A stretch of 64,000 bases of DNA from an uncultured Acidobacteriota bacterium. GTDB taxonomy: Bacteria; Acidobacteriota; UBA6911. A program made the position numbers and the translations under genes. This document shows, in pieces, positions 21,821 through 30,890 of the stretch; positions within the stretch are counted from its first letter, which is position 1; each line of letters starts with the position of its first letter. Below the pieces are notes generated by a model. The model was not told the DNA's origin. It did no database searches and was given only the letters and a program-made list of their open reading frames with translations. The stretch covers positions 320,001 to 384,000 of the forward strand of contig CAWEJX010000004.1 in assembly GCA_963809485.1 (NCBI GenBank). The letters are read 5' to 3'.

Positions 21821-23668
21821 ATGAAGAGGCTTTTCGAAATAATTCTGACAATGTTGGCTGTGATGGGATTGACGCTGGTTTTTGCCGCACCTCCTCAAAA
21901 GGCAGGCAAAGCTTCACCTGCGAAACAGGCTGGTGGAACCAAAGAGCCGGTGTACCAGTTCCTGAACCCGAAGGGACTTCCGGGGCCGATCAAGGTACAG
22001 GGACTGGCACCCCGTCTTGACACGATCAAGGGCAAGACGATCTACGTTGTTGCCTGCGAAGCCGGTCCGCAGACCGGGCCGTATTTGTATAACTATTTGA
22101 AGAAGCAATACCCGGATACGAATTGGGTTCACATACAGCACAATGGCATGGGCCCTACCGATCCGAAAATCGAAGGGGACATGCTGCAAAAGGCCGACGG
22201 GCTGATAGGTGGGCAATCGTGGTGAGGGGCCGCCACCAGTGTTCAGTCTGAATACAATACAAAGGTAGAGAAAGCCGGAATCCCCACCGTCAGATTTGGT
22301 TTTGCCGACCAGAAGAAATATTTCGAGCGAACTGCCCGGCTCAATAATGTGCCCCAAATGCGATGGGTAAGCATCCCACGCACGGGCCCGCCGGAACAGC
22401 GCATATATCCCATTGCGCCGGCTCTCATTGAAGCCCTGACCAAACCTCTGACCAAAGAGGAGATGTATGTGGGCACGTACACGCCGGAAATGCCGCCGAG
22501 GTATATCTTCAAGGGCACCTATGATGAAGCCATTGAATTTTTCAATGCAACCGAGCATGTGGATTCAGCGGATGCCGATATCAGCATTTACAGCGACGGC
22601 TCCCCAATCATACCGCCAACCGAAGAGAAGGTGGCGAAGATGCTCACCGGCACCAGCCTCAAGCCCGATACTGTCGTAACGGATGCAAAAGGAAATCCCG
22701 TTCGATTTTCCAGGTACGAGACGGTCACGGTGGAAAAGGTGGCCATTATCGGCGCGATGGCCGGCTGCAAGCCGGAATACATGCCCGTCCTGCTCGGGAT
22801 AGCTGAACTGGGCGGCGCCAGCACCAATTGCCCCGGCACCAGCAGTTCCGAGGGCACGCTGTATGTTGTCGACGGTCCCGTTGCCAAGGAGGTGGGTATT
22901 GGAGCCAGGCACGAATTCCTGGACTGGGGGAACCGGGCGAATGTGAGCCTTGCCAAAGCAGCCCGGCTCATGACGATCAATTTTGGCGGCTGCGTTGCGG
23001 GCATCGTCCGCACGGATGCCGGCAATCCGATATCTTCAGTCATTGCTGAGGATAGAGATGGCTTGCCTCCAGGCTGGGAAACCGTTGGAGAGGATTTTGG
23101 TTTCAAGAAAAATGACAGTGTTCTTGTTAAACTCGGAACGCGCGGTTTTGGGGTCAACGAGTTTGCCCCGGGCGCGTCCCGAAGGCTCCAGGACGGCATC
23201 GGAAGCTTAGCGGATGACCTGGGCGTGCTGGGAAAACCCGGGCCGCATAACATTCTTGCCTGGCTCGTTCCCCGCATCGCTCCTTTATACATAAACTTGG
23301 GGCACGTCTTCGTCATGGTGCCCAATCTGGCCAGGCCGGTCGGACAGATATACCCGACCAAGGCCGCTGTCTATGAATGGCTGTTCAACGATTTCAAGGC
23401 CACCATCCGCGACTATCAGCATCACGGCTGGTGGGAATTTAATACAGGGAACGGCGATCAGAAGGAAGGTACCAATAAAGAGGGTCTTTCGTTTAATCAG
23501 CTGATTGAAAAGTATGGTCTTGATTACAAAATCCCCGTCTTTGGCTCGAGAAGCCCCAAAGAAAACCTCATCATCGTGGGCGGCGGCGGAGCGGATGAAT
23601 CGATCTGGCATTTCGGCCTCCAATTTGGCGGTCGAGGCCGGGCTGTCACCATAGATAGATGGCGGTAA
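21821..23668 (+). CDS. Predicted secreted selenoprotein, copy 1 (615 aa, Sec135; W-U-G-A-A-T)
   Basis: In-frame TGA 22223-22225 between two same-frame ORFs; read-through ...GQSW-U-GAATSVQSEYNTKVEKAGIPTVRFGF has no other stop; AAGGAG RBS; signal peptide ending VFA-A. Confidence 0.88.
22239..22255 (+). promoter_or_regulatory. SECIS-like hairpin, copy 1
   Basis: GUGUUCA-GUC-UGAAUAC; loop GU at +21/+22 after UGA. Confidence 0.75.
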
Positions 23669-23975
23669 AGCAAGGCCAAATTAGCCTCAGTCATCGAATT
23701 GCGGCCGTCGAGCCGCAACCAAATTGAGCCTGCGGGTAGGTCCCGTCCGGCGGACGGGACCTACTTGGACGGATCTGGAGCAGCCGTCCGCACATTCGAA
23801 AAAGCAGGGGAGTGGAGGATCCGACCCCTTTCTCCTATCACGTCATTTACCGCCATTACAGGGCTTTGCCTTTTATTGCTTCCCTGCCCGGGGTTTCTCT
23901 GCGTCGCGTTTTCAGCGCTTCGTGCGCACCCTTTGAAGTCCGACTCACCTGATAAGAGCCTTGCGCAATTTTCCC

Positions 23976-24004
23976 TTGTGTGAAGATAACATTGCCCCTA
24001 TGAT
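23976..24004 (+). promoter_or_regulatory. Candidate sigma70 promoter of copy 2
   Basis: TTGTGT-N17-TATGAT; copy 1 has an equivalent TTGTGC-N16-TATTAT at 21568-21595. Confidence 0.4.
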
Positions 24005-24191
24005 AAGCTCATTTCCTAAACAAATAGGACGCTTCACCGTCTGTTCCACAAAATTGCTTGGTTTGGCCCTTTTGACGAAGTTCACGAGCCAACGCGAAGA
24101 AACTTCTTTGAAGTTCAAGAAGAATGAAGGGATTAAAGGGCGATACGCATTGCCGCACATATAAACTACCTGTTTCGAAAGGAGATTTCTT

Positions 24192-26030
24192 ATGAAGAGG
24201 CTTTTCGAAATTGTTTCGATGGCATTGGTTGCGGTGTGGTTGACCTTCGCTTTTGCCGCACCTCCTCAAAAAGCAGGCAAAGCTTCACCTGCGAAACAGG
24301 CAGGTGAAACTAAAGAGCCGGTGTACCAGTTCCTCAATCCAAAGGGAATTCCGGGTCCGATAAAGGTACAAGGACTGGCACCACGTCTTGACACGATCAA
24401 GGGCAAGACGATTTACGTTGTTGCCTGCGAAGCCGGCCCGCAGACCGGGCCGTATTTGTATAACTACTTGAAGGAGCACTATCCGGACACGAATTGGGTT
24501 CACATACAGCACAATGGCATGGGCCCGACCGATCCAAAAACCGAAGGGGAAATGCTGCAAAAGGCCCAGGGTTTGATCGGAGGGCAATCGTGGTGAGGGG
24601 CCGCTACAAGTGTTCAGTCTGAATACAATACAAATGTAGAGAAGGCCGGAATCCCCACCGTGAGATTTGGTTTTGCAGACCAGAAGAAATACTTTGAGCG
24701 AACTGCTCGGCTCAATAATGTACCCAAATTGCGCTGGGTAGACATTCCACGCACGGGCACACCGGAAACGAGGCTATATCCGATTGTTCCGGCTCTGATT
24801 GAAGCCTTGACCAAGCCTCTGACCCAAGAGGAGATGTATGTGGGCACGTACACGCCGGATCCACCGGAAAGGTATATCTTCAAGGGCACCTATGATGAAG
24901 CCATAGAATTCTTCAACTCGACCGAGCATGTGGATTCGGCCGATGCCGATATCGGCATCTACAACGACGGCTCCCCCATAATCCCGCCGACCGAGGAGAA
25001 GGTGGCGAAGATGCTCGCCGGCACCAGCCTCAAGCCGGATACGGTAGTAAAGGATGCAAAAGGGAATCCGGTGAGATTTTCCAGATACGAAACCGTTACG
25101 GTGGAAAAGGTGGCCATTATCGGCGTCATGGCCGGCTGCAAGCCGGAATACATGCCGATCCTGCTGGCAATGGCCGAGCAAGGCGGAGGCAGCACGAATT
25201 GCCCGGGAACCAGCAGTTCTCCAGGAGTTTTGTATGTCGTCGACGGTCCCATTGCCAAGGAGATAGGCGTTGGTGCCAAACACGAATTCCTGGACTGGGG
25301 GAACCGGGCGAATGTGAGCCTTGCCAAAGCAGCACGGCTCATGACGATAAACTATGGCGGCTGCATTGCGGGTATCGTCCGCACGGATGCCGGCAATCCA
25401 TTGTTTTCAGTCATTGCCGAGGATAGAGACGGCTTGCCTCCGGGCTGGGAAACCGTTGCCGAAGATTTTGGCTTCAAGAAAAATGATAGTATTCTAGCCA
25501 AACTCGGAACGCGTGGCTTTGGGGTCAACGAGTTTGCCCCGGGCGCGTCGCGCAGGCTCCAGGACGGCATCGGAAGCCTGGCGGATGATCTTGGCGTGCT
25601 GGGGAAATCCGGGCCGCATAACATACTTTCGTGGCTCGTTCCCCGCATCGCTCCTCTATATATAAACACGGCTCATATCTTCGTCATGGTGCCCAATCTC
25701 GCCAAGCCGGTCGGACAGATGTACCCGACCAAGGCCGCCGTGTACGATTGGCTGTTCGGCAACTTCAAAGCAACCATCCGCGATTATCAGCATCACGGCT
25801 GGTGGGAATTTCAGACAGGAATCGGCAGCCAGGTCGAGGGAACCAACAAAGAGGGTCTGACGTTTAATCAGCTGGCTCAAAAGTACGGTAGCGATTACCA
25901 GATCCCCAGGTTCGGATCGAGAAGCCCTAAAGAAAACCTCATCATAGTAGGCGGCGGCGGAGCGGATGAGTGCATCTGGCACTTCGCAGGCGGCCGAGGC
26001 CCCGCGGTCAACCTGGATAAATATCGCTAG
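24192..26030 (+). CDS. Predicted secreted selenoprotein, copy 2 (612 aa, Sec135)
   Basis: In-frame TGA 24594-24596 at the same aligned position; flanking ORFs share a frame; same signal peptide and domains. Confidence 0.88.
24610..24626 (+). promoter_or_regulatory. SECIS-like hairpin, copy 2
   Basis: Identical GTGTTCAGTCTGAATAC. Confidence 0.75.
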
Positions 26031-26195
26031 AGCCTGGTTTCATTGAGCCATTATTCATCGGAAACAGGAAGGGGGTAAATTGGTTGCCCCCTTCTCCTCA
26101 TTGGTGTGATAAGTAAATTCATAGACTTTCACAAACCGAACCGCAGATTCCATGGGTATCAGGGTAATTTGCCTATTTCGAAAGGGAGATTTCGT

Positions 26196-28040
26196 ATGAA
26201 GAGGCTTTTCGAAATTGCTGCGATGGTATTGATTGCGGTGTGGTTGACCTTCGCTTTTGCCGCTCCGCCTCAAAAAGCTGGCAAAGCTTCACCTGCGATA
26301 AAGGCAGGTGAAACTCAAGAACCGGTGTACCAGTTCCTCAATCCGAAGGGAATTCCAGGCCCGATCAAGGTGCAGGGACTCGCGCCGCGTCTTGACACGA
26401 TCAAGGGCAAGACGATCTACGTTGTTGCATGCGAAGCCGGTCCGCAGACCGGGCCGTATTTGTATAGCTATTTGAAGAAGCAATACCCGGATACGAATTG
26501 GATTCACATTCAGCACAATGGCATGGGCCCGACCGATCCGAAAACCGAGGGCGAAATGCTGAAAAAAGCCCAGGGGTTGATAGGAGGGCAATCGTGGTGA
26601 GGGGCCGCCACCAGTGTTCAGTCTGAATACAATACAAATGTAGAGAAGGCCGGAATCCCCACCGTCAGATTCGGTTTTGCAGACCAGCAAAAATATTTTG
26701 AGCGAACTGCCCGGCTCAACAATGTGCCCAAATTGCGCTGGGTAAGCATCCCACGCACCGGCCCGCCGGAAACGAGGCTCTATCCCATTGTTCCGGCTCT
26801 GATCGAAGCCTTGACCAAACCTCTGACCAAAGATGAGATGTATGTGGGCACCTATACGCCCGACATGCCGCAAAGGTATGTCTTCAAAGGCACCTATGAC
26901 GAAGCCATTGAATTCTTCAACGCGAGCGAGCATGTAGATGTAGCCGATGCCGAAGTCAGCATTTACACCGACGGATCACCCATCATCCCTCCGACCGAGG
27001 AGAAGGTGGCGAAGATGCTCACCGGCACCAGCCTCAAGCCCAATACTGTCGTAACGGATGCAAAAGGGAATCCGGTGCGGTTTTCCAGATACGAAACCGT
27101 TACGGTGGAAAAGGTGGCCATTATCGGCGTTATGGCCGGCTGCAAACCGGAGTACATGCCGGTGCTGCTGGCAATAGCCGAGCAGGGCGGCGGCAGCACC
27201 AACTGCCCCGGCACCAGCAGTTCTCACGGCACCGTGTATGTTGTCGACGGTCCCATTGCCAAAGAGGTGGGTATCGGCGCCAGGCACGAATTCCTGGACT
27301 GGGGGAACCGGGCGAATGTGAGCCTTGCCAAAGCCGCCCGGCTCATGACAATCAACTTCGGCGGCTGCATTGCAGGCATCGTGCGCACCGATGCCGGCAA
27401 CCCGCTGTTTTCGGTCATTGCAGAGGATAGAGAGGGCTTGCCTCCAGGCTGGGAAACCGTTGGCGAGGATTTTGGTTTCCAGAGAAAAGATAGCGTTCTT
27501 GTAAAACTTGGAACGCGTGGTTTCGGTGTCAACGAGTTTGCCCCGGGCGCATCCCGCAGGCTCCAGGACGGTATTGGAAGTCTGGCGGATGACCTGGGCG
27601 TGGTGGGGAAACCCGGGCCGCATAACATACTTGCGTGGCTCGCTCCCCGCCTTGCTCCTTTGTATATAAACACGGGGCATGTTTTCATCATGGTGCCCAA
27701 TTTGGCCAAACCGGTCGGCCAGTTATACCCGACCAAGAATGCCGTCTACGAATGGCTGTTCAACAATTTCAAGGCCACCATCCGCGACTATCAACATCAT
27801 GGCTGGTGGGAATTTTTCACGGGGAATGGCGAACAGATAGAAGGAACCAACAAAGAGGGTCTCTCATTCAATCAAGTGGCCAAAAAGTATGGTCTTGACT
27901 ACAAGGTTCCCGTCTTCGGTTCAAGAAGCCCTAAGGAAAACCTAATCATAGTAGGTGGTGGAGGAGCGGATGAGTGCATCTGGCACATCCATCTCCTCGG
28001 TGGCCGAGGCTTCGCCGTCAACATAGACAGATGGCGGTAG
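26196..28040 (+). CDS. Predicted secreted selenoprotein, copy 3 (614 aa, Sec135)
   Basis: In-frame TGA 26598-26600 at the same aligned position; flanking ORFs share a frame. Confidence 0.88.
26614..26630 (+). promoter_or_regulatory. SECIS-like hairpin, copy 3
   Basis: Identical GTGTTCAGTCTGAATAC. Confidence 0.75.
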
Positions 28041-28059
28041 CCGTTCATCTGGGAAAGAA

Positions 28060-28453
28060 CCTGGCAGTCCTCGAGATCAGCGGAGGGATTTGGGAAGCAT
28101 GCACCCGCACCAAGGAGGAACCGGGCTGGAGACCTGTCCTCATGCCCGAAGCCCGGACGGGGATTGCAACCGTGGATCAGGAGGCCTGCTTCCTGCCGGG
28201 CGCGAAGGCAATCAAGGACAAGACGAAGGCAACGGTCATTTTGGTAGGAGGGTTCAGGTCGTTCAGCAAAATTGAAGAGATGTTGCATACAAAGGCAGCA
28301 GATTTTGTAGCGCTTTGCCGGCCCCTCATCCGTCAGCCTGATCTTCCCAACTTGTGGCGTTCCGGAAAGGGACCGGACAAGGCGGAATGCATTTCCTGCA
28401 ATACCTGCCTTCCGATAGGCACCGCAGCTCCGGGCTGCAAGATGGATGTGTAG
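28060..28453 (+). pseudogene. 3' remnant of NADH:flavin oxidoreductase (Old Yellow Enzyme family)
   Basis: LEISGG...VILVGGFRS...ADFVALCRPLIRQPDL...CISCNTC; N-terminal part missing. Confidence 0.8.
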
Positions 28454-28628
28454 ATAGTAATCGGGCAGAGCTGCAAGGATTTTGTGATGCTCCAGCCTAA
28501 TTGCTTACGGTCTTACATGCAAAAAATGGGTCTCCATAATGCGCCCAAGGCCCGTCTTCCATGGCAAAAACTGAGTTATCAATAATCCTTTGAAGGTCTT
28601 ATCGTGGTCCGACCCATTCACCCCCCAT

Positions 28629-28847
28629 TCACCCATTCACCAATAGGGAGAAAACGAGGCCGCCCAGCCAAAAGGACAGGACAAAGGCGATTGCCAGCGT
28701 AAGCATGGTTCCAAGCACCAAAAGCGTTGCTTTGGGCTTCCGCGGCCTGATTAAAAAAGCGGCAAGGATGGTGAGGAAAAGCGAGCCTGCAACGATCGCA
28801 AAGACAATCCATCCCAACCATTCGATGTGGCCGACCTGGTTCATCAT
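28629..28847 (-). CDS. Small 2-TM membrane protein, last gene of the Mo-enzyme operon
   Basis: ATGA overlap with the NrfD-like stop; two hydrophobic helices. Confidence 0.7.
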   Translation of the reverse strand: MMNQVGHIEWLGWIVFAIVAGSLFLTILAAFLIRPRKPKATLLVLGTMLTLAIAFVLSFWLGGLVFSLLVNG

Positions 28848-30139
28848 TCCGGCTGCTCTTCCGCTTTCTCCATCTCGGTGAGAGGGATTATGGGAAAGAA
28901 TTTTGTGAACAGCATAAACAGCAGCGCCACCATGACGAATGTGCCCATCACCAGGGACCACTCCACCCACGTTGGGCTGTAGCTTCCCGGCGGATAGGGG
29001 AGGTAGGGCCGAGTCAGGGAAGGCACCACGATGAGGAACCGCGTAATCCAAAGGGTAACCACAACAAGGGCAGACGCAAAAACCGTAGTCCCTATTTTGA
29101 AGACGCGGGGAAAGACCGTGTTGAGGAAAAATATCGTAAACGCGATAAGCAACGCCGCAACCTGCACCCAATAGAGCCAGGCAAACTCAAGGTTCGACCA
29201 TGCCATCGAAACCTTAAGCTCCGGCACCGGGCCCGCATACTTTACCGTCACGAACTCCGACAGCATAAAATAGATGTAAAGAATGGACACCCAGGAAAGG
29301 AATTTCCCCATGCCCCGGAATATCCGGGGCTTTATATACTCCTGCCAACCGAATATCTGCCGACTGGCGGCGGCCATAACGACAACAGCGGCGACTCCGG
29401 ATAAAACCGCACCCACTACGTAATATGGGCCCATGATGGCGCCATACCAGCCCGGCCTCCCCACCATCAGGCCAAATACCCAGGCAACATTGGTGTGGAC
29501 CATGACCATGATCGGGAAATTGAAAACGCTTGCCCACCAGACGATCTTTTCAATTCGCTCCCGTTCGCCGGGTTCATAGGCCGGCAGCAACCGCTTATAC
29601 AGCCATTGCAGCCTGGGATGGCTATTCGCCAGCCTGGCCAGGTCCTCCCGCATCTCCAGGTATAGATAGGTAACGGAAAATATCAGGTAGGTCGCAATGG
29701 CAGTGATGTCCCAGACGAGGGGCGACGATGCCAGACGCTGAGGATAGTAAAGCAGCAGGTAAAAAATCCTGTCCGGCCGGCCGATGTCGAAAAGCAGAGA
29801 GAATCCCGCCATCAGCAGGCTGAAGACGGTTACCAGCTCGGCTATCCTGGCCAGCGGTATATAGTCTCTGAGTTTGAGCAGACGTATCGCTGAGGCGATG
29901 GCTATACCGGCGTGCGTAATCCCGATAAAGAAGATGAAGTTGGTCATATACACTCCCCAGGGCGAACCGCCGGGGATGTCTCTCATGCCCGTCACCTCCA
30001 GCCCGGTTCTAAGCTGGGTAATCCAGGCGAAAGCGAACCAGGCAAGGCCAAGGAGCAGAAGCCCCAGAAAAAGGTAGTACTTCCGGGTGGTATGGAGCAG
30101 AGGATACCAGAGCTTCTCCTCAAATGTTGCAGCGCGCAT
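28844..30139 (-). CDS. NrfD/PsrC-family membrane anchor
   Basis: PWGVYMTNFIFFIGI, DIGRPDR, SPLVWD; about 10 TM helices. Confidence 0.9.
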   Translation of the reverse strand: MRAATFEEKLWYPLLHTTRKYYLFLGLLLLGLAWFAFAWITQLRTGLEVTGMRDIPGGSPWGVYMTNFIFFIGITHAGIAIASAIRLLKLRDYIPLARIAELVTVFSLLMAGFSLLFDIGRPDRIFYLLLYYPQRLASSPLVWDITAIATYLIFSVTYLYLEMREDLARLANSHPRLQWLYKRLLPAYEPGERERIEKIVWWASVFNFPIMVMVHTNVAWVFGLMVGRPGWYGAIMGPYYVVGAVLSGVAAVVVMAAASRQIFGWQEYIKPRIFRGMGKFLSWVSILYIYFMLSEFVTVKYAGPVPELKVSMAWSNLEFAWLYWVQVAALLIAFTIFFLNTVFPRVFKIGTTVFASALVVVTLWITRFLIVVPSLTRPYLPYPPGSYSPTWVEWSLVMGTFVMVALLFMLFTKFFPIIPLTEMEKAEEQPE

Positions 30140-30146
30140 GCCTGAT

Positions 30147-30890
30147 TCACCTTTTCAGCTGGTAGGGTATCTCCTCGATCTGCCTTGCTTTTTCCGTGGT
30201 CGGCATTTTGCCCAAATAGTAAACCTTCGGCTCCGTGCCCAGTTCTTCCAGCAGGCGATGGGAGGGCTTTTGTGCCAGCAGTCTGGAGATTTCGCTGTTC
30301 GGATCTGCAAGATCACCGAAGTGCAGCGCCTGGGTAGGGCAGTTGGCCACGCAGGCGGGATTCATTCCCTTCTCCACCTTATGGACGCAGAAGGTGCACT
30401 TCTCTGTGACGCCGATGCGCTGTCCTCCCCCGGAGATATGCCTCTTATCCCTGCCGCAGGCTTCGCTCAGGTCGGGATTTTTGTAAGGAGGCACGGCGCC
30501 ACCGGTGGCCGGGAGAAGCTCTTTGTCATGCCAGTCCAGATAGTAGTTGTCAGCCGGCTTTTTCCAGTTGAACTGATTAACTCCATAAGGACAGGCCACC
30601 TCGCAGTAACGGCAACCTATGCAGCGCTCAAAGTCAGTCGATACCAGGCCATCCTCGCGCATATATCGAGCCCCTACCGGGCAGACCTTCACGCATGGGG
30701 CATTGTGGCAATGCATACAGGGCCGAGGCATGAACGCGATCCGGACATTGGGATATTCGCCTTCCTCCAGCCGGAAGACATACATCCAGAAGATGCCCCG
30801 GGGCGTGTTGTTTTCAACCTTGCAGGCGAGCATGCAGGCCCGGCAGCCCGTACATCTATCCAGATCGATCACCATTCCGTATCTAGCCAT
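30147..30890 (-). CDS. 4x[4Fe-4S] electron-transfer subunit (NrfC/PsrB/DmsB-like)
   Basis: CTGCRACMLAC, CMHCHNAPCVKVCP, CIGCRYCEVACP, KCTFC...CVANCP. Confidence 0.92.
   Translation of the reverse strand: MARYGMVIDLDRCTGCRACMLACKVENNTPRGIFWMYVFRLEEGEYPNVRIAFMPRPCMHCHNAPCVKVCPVGARYMREDGLVSTDFERCIGCRYCEVACPYGVNQFNWKKPADNYYLDWHDKELLPATGGAVPPYKNPDLSEACGRDKRHISGGGQRIGVTEKCTFCVHKVEKGMNPACVANCPTQALHFGDLADPNSEISRLLAQKPSHRLLEELGTEPKVYYLGKMPTTEKARQIEEIPYQLKR

Noticed and set aside
22223-26600. Genome-wide UGA reassignment (Trp or Gly) as the cause of the in-frame TGAs
   Set aside because: TGA is a normal stop for the transposase, NrfD-like, Mo-enzyme, EAL and SNF2 genes. Internal TGAs occur only at one homologous site.
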